From the IMG/VR virus record IMGVR_UViG_2836824207_000004, positions 10,278-74,277 of that record: a stretch of 64,000 nt of DNA; one strand, written 5' to 3'. The stretch is from a virus (Duplodnaviria > Heunggongvirae > Uroviricota > Caudoviricetes). The notes beneath the pieces were generated by a model. The model was not told where the DNA came from. It saw nothing but the letters and a program-made list of their open reading frames with translations, and did not search any database. The translations under genes were made by a program, and so were the position numbers. Below are positions 52,965-62,981 of this stretch, one piece after another (positions within the stretch are counted from its first letter, which is position 1; the number at the start of each line of letters is the position of its first letter).

Positions 52965-53628
52965 AAAACGCAAGTATCTTTACAAACTCATTCAAGACCC
53001 TGTTTCATTTTATTGGCACGGTGAATGTTGGATTAATGACAAATTATGGAAAGCCACATTAAAAATGGTGAATCAAAAAGTGGCAATCAACCGTCTAAAT
53101 AAAATTATTGATAGCTACAACTTACAACATTCAGGAGCGGTGAAAACCTCAACGGTTATTCCAAACTTCGACCTTGAAAAAACTTCTCCTTATCAAGTTA
53201 TTCTGCCCGCAATACCTGATGATAAATGGCGAACTGCCACACCAAAGCCCAAAAATACGCCTGAGTTGCCCGTTATTCCAATGCGAAAAGAAGAACCCAC
53301 ACAGACAAAGGAAGCCACAATGAACACCGAAAGCCCACAAGAAATCCAAACCGTAACGATTAAAACCCAACGTAAAAAAGTCACGCCACGCAAGCCGTTT
53401 ACGCCTTATGGCTTGAATGGTTATCTCGTGGACAAAAACGGCAAAGTACGGCTAATGCTTGACCGCAAAGCCAACGCCCAAACCATCACGCTTGAACCTG
53501 AAATGTTCGCAATGCTTGCGGATATGGTCAAGGCGACACAAGCACAGGAGAGGAACAATGAATTACCTACAAATCGCACAAGCCTACGATCGCCAAAGCG
53601 AACGATTGTTAGAAGCCCATTACGCTGA
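52954..53628 (+). CDS. hypothetical protein (224 aa)
   Basis: Track ORF. Its 3-prime end overlaps the next gene by ~70 nt, so the true end is uncertain. Confidence 0.4.
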   Translation: MASKKRKYLYKLIQDPVSFYWHGECWINDKLWKATLKMVNQKVAINRLNKIIDSYNLQHSGAVKTSTVIPNFDLEKTSPYQVILPAIPDDKWRTATPKPKNTPELPVIPMRKEEPTQTKEATMNTESPQEIQTVTIKTQRKKVTPRKPFTPYGLNGYLVDKNGKVRLMLDRKANAQTITLEPEMFAMLADMVKATQAQERNNELPTNRTSLRSPKRTIVRSPLR

Positions 53629-54784
53629 AGATGGCTTTGAAGAACGGTTACAAGCAGAAATCCAACGCATTGACGAGCAAATCAGAAAGGGCGATGAAAC
53701 GCTCTTTGACGAGTTCACCCAAACCCTGTGCGACAACGATTTATTTTGGCTTGCCGTAGGAAGCGGAGCGGATTACCTCCCCTACCGACAACAAACCATC
53801 GAGAAATTAGCCAAGCAAAAAAATCATTCAGAGGATTTAATAATGGAATTCAATTTAATTTTATCCACCGAAAGCAAAGTGCTTTCAACCAACATTTCCA
53901 CCTTCCAACAACAAGCCGAAAACTATCTTGCCGGGCTTAGCAACAGATTTGAAACGGATGACGACTTCGCCCAAGCAAAGCAAGACATTAAAGATTTAAC
54001 CGAGCTAGAAAAACGCACTAAAGAAGCCATTGCCAATGCTCAAAATGGCGAAATTAAACAGCTTATTGAACAGGCTCAAGCGATGGCAGAACGTTTCCGC
54101 CAAGCTCGTTTAGAGCGTGAAAAGCTGGTGAAAACCAAAGAAGCGGAAATCAAAGCGAGCATTGTTAATGACGCATTTGAGCGACTTGCCGTCATTAAAT
54201 CAGGCTTTGAAAATGATGTGTGCATTGCACTTGAACAGGTTATCTCAAAAGCCACGATTAAAAAACGCTTAGACGAAGCAACCAAACGCCGTAGCACCCT
54301 TGCTACTCTCACGAAAGCTGTAAATGCCGAAGAAACCCTTATCGGGGCAGAAATTGCAGCAGAAGCCGCACGCCTTTCAGCGCGCCGCAAGCTAATCCCT
54401 ATCTCTTATGAGTATCTCTTTAAGGATTGGCTCAACCTGATTACTGGTGATGACGACCTTGAACCTATCATTCAAGCACGCATTGCTGATGAAGAAAAAC
54501 GTGAAGCGAAAATCAAAGCCAAAGCGGAGCAAGAGGCAAAAGCTCGCGCAGAAGCGAAAGCAAACCTTAACGCATTACAAACCAACGAGAAAACAGAAAC
54601 CAATGAAAACACGGCGCATATTGAACCGCAAACGCCAACACAAGAAACGGCAGCAACGGCAACGCAATTTATTCTCAAAATCCCAGCTCAAGAAATCCCA
54701 TTTACAGGAACGCTTGAACAATTAAGAGAATATTTCGCTCCAGTGAAAGCGTTGGGAATTACTGCAACGATTGTTAAACAATAA
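53558..54784 (+). CDS. coiled-coil protein (408 aa) upstream of recT
   Basis: Strong RBS GGAGAGG precedes ATG 53558. Long E/K/A-rich coiled coil. Confidence 0.5.
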   Translation: MNYLQIAQAYDRQSERLLEAHYAEDGFEERLQAEIQRIDEQIRKGDETLFDEFTQTLCDNDLFWLAVGSGADYLPYRQQTIEKLAKQKNHSEDLIMEFNLILSTESKVLSTNISTFQQQAENYLAGLSNRFETDDDFAQAKQDIKDLTELEKRTKEAIANAQNGEIKQLIEQAQAMAERFRQARLEREKLVKTKEAEIKASIVNDAFERLAVIKSGFENDVCIALEQVISKATIKKRLDEATKRRSTLATLTKAVNAEETLIGAEIAAEAARLSARRKLIPISYEYLFKDWLNLITGDDDLEPIIQARIADEEKREAKIKAKAEQEAKARAEAKANLNALQTNEKTETNENTAHIEPQTPTQETAATATQFILKIPAQEIPFTGTLEQLREYFAPVKALGITATIVKQ

Positions 54785-54794
54785 GGATTATACG

Positions 54795-55574
54795 ATGACA
54801 ACAGCACTTCAAACCTTAACAAATAAACTCGCTGAACGCTTTGAAATGGGCAGTAGCGAAAATCTACCACAAACCCTAATGGCAACTGCCTTTCGTGGGC
54901 AAAATGTAAGCCCCGACCAAATGACCGCCCTACTGGTTGTTGCTAACCAACACGGCTTAAACCCTTGGACAAATGAAATCTACGCATTCCCAAATAACGG
55001 TGGCATTGTGCCGATTGTCGGCGTGGATGGTTGGTCTCGCATTATGAACGACCACCCACAATTTGACGGTATTGAATTTACCTTTAATGATGATAACAGT
55101 TGCACCTGTAATATCTACCGCAAAGACCGCACTCGCCCAACAACAGTTACGGAATATATGATCGAATGTAGCCGCAACACGCAACCGTGGAAATCGCACC
55201 CAAAACGAATGTTACGCCACAAAGCGATGATCCAATGTGCAAGGTTAGCTTTTGGCTTTACTGGTATTTATGACCAAGACGAAGCTGAACGCATTGTAGA
55301 AAATCAAAAAGAACCGTTAAATGTAACGCCAAAACCGAATGTGATTGAAGGGCAAGCAGTCGAATTAGCCACATCTGAACAAATCGACACCCTCAATCAG
55401 CTTATTCAGCTCACGAACACTGACACTGAAAAAGCCTTTGCCTACTACAGTGTGCAAAGTATTGAGCAGTTGTCAAAAGCGAAAGCGGAGCATTTTATCA
55501 AGACCCTTAACGGGCGATTAGATGAATCTGCACAAAATGACAACAACAAGGCGAGCGAGGAAGTTCCACTATGA
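54795..55574 (+). CDS. recT: RecT-family single-strand annealing protein
   Basis: ..IYAFPNNGGIVPIVGVDGWSRIMNDHPQFDGIEF.. and ..RMLRHKAMIQCARLAFG.. match RecT. Confidence 0.85.
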   Translation: MTTALQTLTNKLAERFEMGSSENLPQTLMATAFRGQNVSPDQMTALLVVANQHGLNPWTNEIYAFPNNGGIVPIVGVDGWSRIMNDHPQFDGIEFTFNDDNSCTCNIYRKDRTRPTTVTEYMIECSRNTQPWKSHPKRMLRHKAMIQCARLAFGFTGIYDQDEAERIVENQKEPLNVTPKPNVIEGQAVELATSEQIDTLNQLIQLTNTDTEKAFAYYSVQSIEQLSKAKAEHFIKTLNGRLDESAQNDNNKASEEVPL

Positions 55575-56203
55575 TAGACGGTTTGATCACCCTTGATTGT
55601 GAACAAGGTTCGGAAGAATGGCTAACCGCACGGTTAGGCATTCCTACCGGTACGGGGTTCAAAAATATCGTTCGAATAAGCGGTGATAGATCCGCTACCT
55701 ATATAAAATACCTTGCCGAGTTGGTCGAAGAAAGCATTTTAGGTTTACCTGATAGCCGTTATAAATCTGATTATATGGAGCGTGGCAACCAGCTTGAACC
55801 GCTTGCACGCGGTGCTTATGAGTTCTTGACTGGCAACAAAGTACAGCAAGTCGGCGGCGTGTACCTTGATGAGAAACGAGAAGTAATGGTTAGCCCTGAT
55901 GGACTCATTCCCGAACTGAAAAAAGGGTTAGAAATTAAATGCCCGAAAATGAGCACACACATTACTTACATTATTGAAGGGGGCATACCGCTTGAATATG
56001 TTATCCAAGTGCAAGCGAATCTGTGGGTAACAGGCTATGAAACGTGGGATTTCGTCAGCTACTGCCCCGAATATCAAAAGCAGCCGCTTTATTTATTCAC
56101 GGTAGAACGAAATCAAGCATTGATGGAAGCGTTTGATTACCATATTCCCGAATTTTTGACCGCACTTAAGGCACTTAAAGGAGAAAACCAATGGCAGGCA
56201 TAA
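55571..56203 (+). CDS. YqaJ-like recombination exonuclease
   Basis: [21 protein letters not shown]...VSPDGLI... fits the YqaJ/lambda Exo-like fold. Paired with recT. Confidence 0.8.
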   Translation: MIDGLITLDCEQGSEEWLTARLGIPTGTGFKNIVRISGDRSATYIKYLAELVEESILGLPDSRYKSDYMERGNQLEPLARGAYEFLTGNKVQQVGGVYLDEKREVMVSPDGLIPELKKGLEIKCPKMSTHITYIIEGGIPLEYVIQVQANLWVTGYETWDFVSYCPEYQKQPLYLFTVERNQALMEAFDYHIPEFLTALKALKGENQWQA

Positions 56204-56670
56204 ACAAAGCCATCATCGTCGGCAATTTAGGCAACGATCCAGAAATCCGCACAATGCAAAATGGCGATCAGGTTGCAACAATCAGCGTGGCGACATCAGA
56301 AAGCTGGACGGATAAACAAACAGGCGAACGGCGAGAACTCACCGAATGGCACAGAATTGTACTTTATCGGCGGTTAGCGGAAATTGCAGGGCAATACCTC
56401 AAAAAAGGCTCAAAAGTTTATGTGGAAGGTCGTATCAGAACCAGAAAATGGCAAGATCAACAAGGCATTGAGCGTTACACCACCGAAATTCAAGGCGATG
56501 TATTGCAAATGCTAGACAGTCGCCAAGATGGACAAGGTGCGCAAACAAACGCACCACCACGTCAAACGCAATCAACAAAATCCAATGCTTATGCCAACGC
56601 TAAAAACGGCAACTACACGCCACCAGCGCAGAATAATGGTGATGAGCTAGATGATGATATTCCGTTCTAA
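56191..56670 (+). CDS. ssb: single-stranded DNA-binding protein
   Basis: [39 protein letters not shown]... with acidic tail DDDIPF. Confidence 0.9.
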   Translation: MAGINKAIIVGNLGNDPEIRTMQNGDQVATISVATSESWTDKQTGERRELTEWHRIVLYRRLAEIAGQYLKKGSKVYVEGRIRTRKWQDQQGIERYTTEIQGDVLQMLDSRQDGQGAQTNAPPRQTQSTKSNAYANAKNGNYTPPAQNNGDELDDDIPF

Positions 56671-56672
56671 GT

Positions 56673-56721
56673 TGTCTAATTTAGACAATTCTAGACAAAA
56701 TCTAGACAATTTTTTAGACAA
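56673..56721. promoter_or_regulatory. array of five TAGACAA sites (one inverted, four direct at 10-12 bp spacing)
   Basis: ttgtcta at 56673, then tagacaa at 56682, 56692, 56703 and 56715. Iteron or operator-like. Confidence 0.5.
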
Positions 56722-56723
56722 AT

Positions 56724-56745
56724 GCCCTCAGTTGAGGGCTTTTTT
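56724..56745 (+). terminator. Rho-independent terminator
   Basis: gccctca-gt-tgagggc followed by TTTTTT. Confidence 0.7.
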
Positions 56746-56756
56746 ACGAGGTAACA

Positions 56757-57074
56757 ATGAACACAGACCTACTCAACGAACGAGCAAAAACGCACGGCGA
56801 TTTTATCAGCGGTGCAGAAACCTTTTATCACCTGATGAAACCGATTATTGACAGCCAGCTTTTTGAACGCAACAAAGTCAAAGCCTACGCCGCCACAATG
56901 ATTGCCGCCAAACTTACCCGAATTTGCAACGGTGATGAAAACTTCCCCGACCACTGGGACGACATTATCGGCTACGCTCAATTAGCAACGGGCAAGCAAT
57001 TTGAGCCAACTTCGGCAGTAAGTCTGCCTTTTGCTCAACATATTCATCCAGACTTAGGAGGAGAAAACATATGA
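56757..57074 (+). CDS. hypothetical protein (105 aa)
   Basis: Track ORF. Confidence 0.45.
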   Translation: MNTDLLNERAKTHGDFISGAETFYHLMKPIIDSQLFERNKVKAYAATMIAAKLTRICNGDENFPDHWDDIIGYAQLATGKQFEPTSAVSLPFAQHIHPDLGGENI

Positions 57075-57466
57075 TTATCGAAATACCAACAACAAAACAA
57101 GTTAATATCAAATATATAAAACTAGTAATCCCTGTTAGATATGACGACGAAGATATCCCTTATAATTTTCCGTTGCGCGATGGTGATCAATGGTGCGGAA
57201 TAATTGATTTAGATGCATCTAAAATTGAAAACTGGCCAGAAAACCATCCCGCAAAAATGAATATGAAAATCTGTGATGAGGGAGAATATTATTTACTAGA
57301 TGAAAATAAAAATGTTATTAGCTCACTGATTAATGATTATATTCCTGATTGTTTACCTAATGATTATGGCGATTATATTGATTTACATATTGATGAAGCG
57401 GGTAAGGTTACCAATATGCCTAACAAATTAATATTTGATCAGTTCTTTGGTGGTTGCAGTGAATGA
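57071..57466 (+). CDS. hypothetical protein (131 aa)
   Basis: Track ORF with an ATGA overlap. Confidence 0.45.
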   Translation: MIIEIPTTKQVNIKYIKLVIPVRYDDEDIPYNFPLRDGDQWCGIIDLDASKIENWPENHPAKMNMKICDEGEYYLLDENKNVISSLINDYIPDCLPNDYGDYIDLHIDEAGKVTNMPNKLIFDQFFGGCSE

Positions 57467-57525
57467 TCATTAAAAATTCATAAAATTTAACCGCTAAATA
57501 GCGGTTTTTTATTGGAGAAAAGAAA

Positions 57526-58422
57526 ATGTTTTGGTTTAAAAATGCAATGATTTACCGCTTAACAAAAGCGATGGATTTTTCCAACCTCTCAAGCCAACTT
57601 GAGGCCTGTGAATTTACGCCTTGCGGTAGTAGTGAGGCAAGTAAATTTGGCTGGATTGCACCACTTAGCACGAGTGAACAGCTCTGCTTTGAGGCAAATG
57701 GGCAAATCCTACTTGTGGCCCAGCGAGAAGAAAAAATCTTGCCAAATTATGTCGTAACCAAAGAGCTAACTAACCGAGTAAAAGCGTTAGAAGAAAAAGA
57801 AGGGCGTAAACTCAAAAAAGTCGAAAGGCTGTCTATTAAAGATGATGTGGTTGCCTCTCTTTTGCCTCAAGCCTTTACCCGTAGCACCTACACCGCACTT
57901 TGGATTGATACGCAAAACCAGTTGATTTATGTGGACGCGGCTTCCGCTAAACGAGCCGAAGATGCATTAGCGTTACTACGTAAATCCCTAGGCTCATTGC
58001 CAGTTATTCCACTCGCCTTTGCAAATGACGCATCGCTAGTTATGACAAACTGGGTAAATGAAGCACCTGATTGGCTAACCGTGCTGGAAGAAGCCGAATT
58101 GACGGGGTTAAAAGAAGATGGCATAGCTAAATTTAAGCGACAAGATTTAGATAGCAACGAAATTTACTCATTACTTGAGGCGGGAAAAGTGGTAACAAAA
58201 ATCGCTCTAGAATGGGAAGGGAATTTAAGTTTTGTACTTTGTGATGATGGCACACTCAAACGCCTTAAATTTGCTGATGAAATCAAAGAGAAAAATGATG
58301 ACATTGCCAAAGAAGATATTGCTCAATGCTTTGACGCGGATTTTTTATTAATGGCTGCAACCATTTCAGAATTAACTAAGAGATTGCTCAATGAATTTGG
58401 TGGAGAAAAGGAAAGAGTATGA
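57526..58422 (+). CDS. rdgC: RdgC recombination-associated protein
   Basis: Full-length collinear similarity to E. coli RdgC (MFWFKNAMIYRL...FTPCGS...LRKSLGSLPVIPL...KRLKFADEI...). Confidence 0.85.
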   Translation: MFWFKNAMIYRLTKAMDFSNLSSQLEACEFTPCGSSEASKFGWIAPLSTSEQLCFEANGQILLVAQREEKILPNYVVTKELTNRVKALEEKEGRKLKKVERLSIKDDVVASLLPQAFTRSTYTALWIDTQNQLIYVDAASAKRAEDALALLRKSLGSLPVIPLAFANDASLVMTNWVNEAPDWLTVLEEAELTGLKEDGIAKFKRQDLDSNEIYSLLEAGKVVTKIALEWEGNLSFVLCDDGTLKRLKFADEIKEKNDDIAKEDIAQCFDADFLLMAATISELTKRLLNEFGGEKERV

Positions 58423-58628
58423 ACATTATAAAACGCTTGGCAGCAAAAATATTAAAAGCTGAAATTAATGCTTATGCCAAACAAATTGCTGTATTAGAAG
58501 ACGCAATCAGCAAGCAAACTAAACAAATGCTCGGCTTGCAAAAAATTATCGAAAATCAAAGAATCGATATTCTTGAATTAAGAAAACAAGCACAAAAACG
58601 ACCGCACTTTAAACGTAAAAGAAAATAG
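58419..58628 (+). CDS. small coiled-coil protein (69 aa)
   Basis: Track ORF. Confidence 0.4.
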   Translation: MNIIKRLAAKILKAEINAYAKQIAVLEDAISKQTKQMLGLQKIIENQRIDILELRKQAQKRPHFKRKRK

Positions 58629-58643
58629 CAAGGGGAATAAATA

Positions 58644-58841
58644 ATGACAGAAATAGAATATATAAATCCACAAAAAGGGAAATACATTCTTTTAGAATAT
58701 TCCAAATCCTCTGGCTGGGATATAGTCCGAGAAACAAGATATGGTTTGCCACTTGATGAAATAAAACAAGTACACGCATATCAAATTAAATATCGTGATA
58801 TTAGCCCTAAAAATTTATTGATTGTGCCAGTGGAGGATTGA
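58644..58841 (+). CDS. hypothetical protein (65 aa)
   Basis: AAGGGGAA RBS upstream. Confidence 0.4.
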   Translation: MTEIEYINPQKGKYILLEYSKSSGWDIVRETRYGLPLDEIKQVHAYQIKYRDISPKNLLIVPVED

Positions 58842-59173
58842 TTATGGAAATTAAAGAAACTTTACACGTACGAGACTTTATTTATCACGGCTTGCGTTTT
58901 GTCTCGGAAGATTGTCCCCTACTAAAAGAGCCAGGAGATATTAATTATGCACGTTGGATTATGTCAATGCACGATGTTCCCGCCACCTTAAGTTTTGACA
59001 TTGAGGAGTATGTTAAACAATTCCCTTTATATTGTATGTATAACGGGATTAAACATAAATTTATTAATGTTTCACGGTTAGGTGATGTATTTATTACTGA
59101 TAATCTAGAAAGTGAATCTTATAACAAACGAGTGTCAATTACTAACTTATATCAATTTTCAAAGGAAGTTTAA
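58838..59173 (+). CDS. hypothetical protein (111 aa)
   Basis: Track ORF. Confidence 0.45.
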   Translation: MIMEIKETLHVRDFIYHGLRFVSEDCPLLKEPGDINYARWIMSMHDVPATLSFDIEEYVKQFPLYCMYNGIKHKFINVSRLGDVFITDNLESESYNKRVSITNLYQFSKEV

Positions 59174-59175
59174 TT

Positions 59176-59277
59176 ATGTATTTAAACGATTTTGGTACAG
59201 CAATACTAACAATACTTATTTTTATAGCAGTTGTTGTTTTCGGTCTAGGTGTGCTAGTAGGTTGGTTATTTTTGTAA
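59176..59277 (+). CDS. small membrane peptide (33 aa)
   Basis: AAAGGAAG RBS precedes the ATG. Sequence MYLNDFGTAILTILIFIAVVVFGLGVLVGWLFL. Confidence 0.4.
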   Translation: MYLNDFGTAILTILIFIAVVVFGLGVLVGWLFL

Positions 59278-59288
59278 GGAAAATTAAA

Positions 59289-59792
59289 ATGAAACCATTT
59301 AATTTAGAAAAAGCCTTAGCGGGTGAGCCAGTTAGATTGAGTAACGGAAGAAAAGCGTATATTAAATACGTTCTCGGTGATGAATATAGTACGAATTACC
59401 CATTACGGGGCTTCGTAGAATGGAAAAGATTTCGTGACAGAAGTATTAGTATCGGAGAACACAGTTGGACACTTAAAGGCGAGTTCGCCAAATGCAAAGA
59501 AAACGAGTTAGATATTGTCGGAATGTGGGAAGAACCTAAACCTAAACCTAAACGTTTTATTAATGGTATCGAAGTGCCTGAACCAGTAACAGAAGAAACG
59601 TGGATAAATGGTGCAAAGTATTATTACGTAACATTAGTTACACCTAATTTAATTAATATAAGTAGCTTTTATATAGATAATGCTATTGATTACCACCTAA
59701 TTAAAAACAATCTAGTCTTTGAAACTCAAGAAGGGGCAGAAGCAATGGCTAAAGCATTGCTAAATTATAAAGTAGAGGTAAAAAATGAGTGA
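59289..59792 (+). CDS. hypothetical protein (167 aa)
   Basis: ATG 59289 has an AAGGAAAA RBS. The upstream part of the track ORF is probably untranslated. Confidence 0.45.
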   Translation: MKPFNLEKALAGEPVRLSNGRKAYIKYVLGDEYSTNYPLRGFVEWKRFRDRSISIGEHSWTLKGEFAKCKENELDIVGMWEEPKPKPKRFINGIEVPEPVTEETWINGAKYYYVTLVTPNLINISSFYIDNAIDYHLIKNNLVFETQEGAEAMAKALLNYKVEVKNE

Positions 59793-60018
59793 GTGGATTA
59801 GTGCGAATGAAAAACAGCCCGATATTGGTTCAGAAGTTTTATATTATTCAATAGAGAATGGAGCGGGATTAGGTTTAGTTAAAGCAATTGACTATGACTT
59901 TATCAATGACGAAGGCAAACCATACAAATTACTGCTTATCTATGATCCAAATGATGAGACAGAATTTATTACTTCTGCTGAATATTGGATACCAGTACCC
60001 CAGCCACCAAAAGCATAA
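59785..60018 (+). CDS. DUF551-like phage protein (77 aa)
   Basis: N-terminus EWISANEKQPD and C-terminus YWIPVPQPP match the DUF551 pattern. Confidence 0.55.
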   Translation: MSEWISANEKQPDIGSEVLYYSIENGAGLGLVKAIDYDFINDEGKPYKLLLIYDPNDETEFITSAEYWIPVPQPPKA

Positions 60019-60020
60019 CA

Positions 60021-60048
60021 AGCCACTGTAACAAGTGGCTTTTTATTA
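60021..60048 (+). terminator. Rho-independent terminator
   Basis: agccact-gtaaca-agtggc followed by TTTTT. Confidence 0.65.
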
Positions 60049-60093
60049 TCATAATGATTAACGGTGTTTTCGTCAAATAACAGGATTTATAAA

Positions 60094-60378
60094 ATGAAAG
60101 TAGAAATCGCAAGATATGAACTTAATGATTTAGTGGTTTATGCAGAAAGATATGCACTAGGAAGAAGCACTTATGCAGTAAATGATGTCTGTTCTTTCAT
60201 AAAAAATCATTATAAGAAATTATCAAAAAACACACTAAATATCTTGATAAAAGATATTCAAGACTACTGTGATAATCGCGGAGAGGTTACCTTCAGAGAA
60301 ATGTGGAAAGAAATATTAGGTTTATTAGAAGAAGAATATGCACATTGGCAACCATTACCTGATGAACCAAAATCTTAA
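60094..60378 (+). CDS. hypothetical protein (94 aa)
   Basis: ATG 60094. A terminator follows at 60404-60432. Confidence 0.45.
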   Translation: MKVEIARYELNDLVVYAERYALGRSTYAVNDVCSFIKNHYKKLSKNTLNILIKDIQDYCDNRGEVTFREMWKEILGLLEEEYAHWQPLPDEPKS

Positions 60379-60444
60379 CTCAATTACCAACATATTTATC
60401 ACTAGCCTAACCTAGCAAGTTAGGCTTTTTTATTGGAATAAATT

Positions 60445-60927
60445 ATGCAAAAACCCATTTTAGATGCCTGTTGTGGTAGCCGTATGTTTTGGTTCGACAA
60501 GCAAAATCCGAATGTGTTGTTTGCCGATAATAGACGGCTTGAAACCACAATGAAAGATAGGGATAAGCTCCGCAAACTTGAGATAAATCCTGACGTTATC
60601 CACGATTTCACCGATATGCCCTACCCCGATAAATCATTCAAACTTGTCATCTTTGACCCACCACATTTAAAGGCAGGTGGTGATAGTAGCTGGCTCGTGA
60701 AAAAGTATGGCCGTCTAAACAAAGACTGGCAAACACAGCTCAAAAAAGGTTTTGATGAATGTATGCGTGTGCTTGATGGCTGCGGCACGCTCGTTTTCAA
60801 GTGGAATGAAACGCAAATCACAGTCAGTGAAATTATTAAAGCTATCGGACATCAACCGCTAATTGGGCATAAATCAGGTAAAGCCAATAACACACATTGG
60901 CTTTTGTTTTTTAAATTCCCAGTATAA
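60445..60927 (+). CDS. small DNA methyltransferase-like protein (160 aa; motif I LDACCGSRMFWF, DPPH motif)
   Basis: FDPPHL resembles the amino-methyltransferase motif IV. The order of motifs I and IV is preserved. Confidence 0.45.
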   Translation: MQKPILDACCGSRMFWFDKQNPNVLFADNRRLETTMKDRDKLRKLEINPDVIHDFTDMPYPDKSFKLVIFDPPHLKAGGDSSWLVKKYGRLNKDWQTQLKKGFDECMRVLDGCGTLVFKWNETQITVSEIIKAIGHQPLIGHKSGKANNTHWLLFFKFPV

Positions 60928-60943
60928 TCTTAGGAAAACCTCA

Positions 60944-61540
60944 ATGCAAAAACTCATCAAATCCAAGGCGAGGGTAAGAGCGTTTGGCGAGGTGTACACA
61001 CCTCAAAAACTGGTGCAAAAAATGACCGCACTTTTACCCGAAGAGAGCTTTGAGCCTGAAAAGAAAATCCTCGAACCCAGCTGTGGCACGGGGAATTTTT
61101 TATACGACATTCTAAACCGCAAGCTATGTAAAATCCTCGTAGGTCCAAAGCACCCTTATTACAAAGTGCTGAATATGTATCAAGCACTAGCGAGCGTTTA
61201 CGGCGTAGATATTCAACTCGACAACGTGATCGAATGCCAACAACGTTTAAAAAGCCTATTTTACGAACGCCTCGCAATGCTGCACGTTAAGCCTTTTGAC
61301 TATTTTGTCGATCACGTCTTAATTAACAACATCAGGCGAGGAAACGCCCTTGAGGACGCATTCACCTTTATTGATGTCGAGATCGTTTTCAAAGATCGTG
61401 ATATTGGTATTAAGGTAGAGAAAGATAGTTTTTTGCTTAGCGAATATGAATGCCATTTGCAACAGAACACATCTCAACTCCAAGCCGTGCGATTGCTGGC
61501 ATTTGAAGATGAGATAGGGATTACTCGCAACAGTCAATAA
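60944..61540 (+). CDS. N6A-methyltransferase N-terminal-domain-like protein lacking the NPPY catalytic motif (198 aa)
   Basis: FGEVYTPQKLVQKM...EPSCGTGNFL is an HsdM/type IIG-style motif X-I pair. No motif IV was found. Confidence 0.45.
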   Translation: MQKLIKSKARVRAFGEVYTPQKLVQKMTALLPEESFEPEKKILEPSCGTGNFLYDILNRKLCKILVGPKHPYYKVLNMYQALASVYGVDIQLDNVIECQQRLKSLFYERLAMLHVKPFDYFVDHVLINNIRRGNALEDAFTFIDVEIVFKDRDIGIKVEKDSFLLSEYECHLQQNTSQLQAVRLLAFEDEIGITRNSQ

Positions 61541-61559
61541 TTTTCTACAGGAAATCAAA

Positions 61560-62948
61560 ATGTTTACTTATGGCTCAATCTGTTCAGGCATTGAGGCGGT
61601 TTCTTGTGCTTGGCATAAATTCGCTACGCCATTATGGTTCAGCGAAATTGAACCCTTCCCAAGTGCGGTGCTGGCTCACCATTTCCCAACCGTGCCAAAT
61701 CTAGGTGATATGACCGCCTTGCCTAACAAAATTTTACACCGTGAAGTCCCCGCTCCTGATGTGCTTGTTGGTGGCACACCTTGCCAAGCCTTTTCTGTGG
61801 CAGGGCTTCGACAATCCCTAGATGATGAGCGGGGGAATTTAACCTTAGTTTTAATCAATATTTTAGAGGCAATTGATTATGTTAGATACCAAGACGGAAA
61901 GCCCCCGTGCGTTCTTGTGTGGGAAAACGTTCCGGGTGTGTTATCCACCAAGGACAACGCTTTCGGACACCTTTTGGCTGGATTGGCTCAAGAATCAAAG
62001 CCTTTACAACCAGCAGGGCGAAAATGGACAAACGCTGGTTATGTGCATTCAAAACGCACCCTCGTCTGGCGAACCCTCGACGCTCAATATTTCGGAGTCG
62101 CCCAACGCCGTAAAAGAGTGTTCCTTGTGGCAAGTGCTAGAGGGCGAAGTGTCGCCGAAATACTCGTTGAGCGCCAAAGCCTGTCTGGGAATATTACGCC
62201 GTGCGGAAATCCGCAAGAAAACCCTACCGCCTTTGCTGAAAGCAGCTTTGGAGCATACCGTTCAACAAACATCGCTGGGACGCTAAAACGTTGCGGTGGT
62301 GCGTTAAGTGGCGGGAGTGAAACATTCATTATACACGGAACGCAAAACCCGATGATTGCTAAAAATCAAGCCCATTATTTGGGACGAAATAATGGACAAG
62401 AAAATGTCCTTTTTGAAATCAAAGGCGTGGAAGCGGTAAGGATAGCGGAAAAATCCTTATCCCCCACTTTAAAAGCCCGAATGGGAACAGGCGGTAACAA
62501 CGTCCCCTGTATTGCTCTTACAGGTAACACCATCGGACGGCAGCCTCATAACGGCGGTAATGGCAACGGCTTTGATGACACGGGTGTAAGTTATACCTTA
62601 ACCAGCACGGATGTTCACGCCGTTGCTTACGACAACCAATGTGTGAGCTGGAACGGCAATACAACGCCTAAGAGTAGCAATAACATTGCCCTCACAATGC
62701 GGGCAAATCAAGGTGGCGAAGGATATGGCGTTGCTTACGCCCACACCATAAGAAAACTCACCCCAAAAGAATGTGAACGATTACAAGGGTTTCCTGATGA
62801 TTGGACGAAAATCCCCTATCGCAACAAACCCACCGAAGATTGCCCCGACAGCCCACGCTACAAGTCCATTGGAAACAGTATGGCTGTCCCCGTAATGGAA
62901 TGGATAGGGCTACGCTTAAAACAATATTTAAAATATACCGCACTTTAA
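61560..62948 (+). CDS. dcm: DNA cytosine-5 methyltransferase
   Basis: CSGIE (motif I variant), GGTPCQAFSVAG (motif IV), ENV (motif VI), and QGFPDDW near the C-terminus. Confidence 0.85.
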   Translation: MFTYGSICSGIEAVSCAWHKFATPLWFSEIEPFPSAVLAHHFPTVPNLGDMTALPNKILHREVPAPDVLVGGTPCQAFSVAGLRQSLDDERGNLTLVLINILEAIDYVRYQDGKPPCVLVWENVPGVLSTKDNAFGHLLAGLAQESKPLQPAGRKWTNAGYVHSKRTLVWRTLDAQYFGVAQRRKRVFLVASARGRSVAEILVERQSLSGNITPCGNPQENPTAFAESSFGAYRSTNIAGTLKRCGGALSGGSETFIIHGTQNPMIAKNQAHYLGRNNGQENVLFEIKGVEAVRIAEKSLSPTLKARMGTGGNNVPCIALTGNTIGRQPHNGGNGNGFDDTGVSYTLTSTDVHAVAYDNQCVSWNGNTTPKSSNNIALTMRANQGGEGYGVAYAHTIRKLTPKECERLQGFPDDWTKIPYRNKPTEDCPDSPRYKSIGNSMAVPVMEWIGLRLKQYLKYTAL

Positions 62949-62981
62949 CGTGCTTTTTTAACTTAAACACAGGAGAAAACA

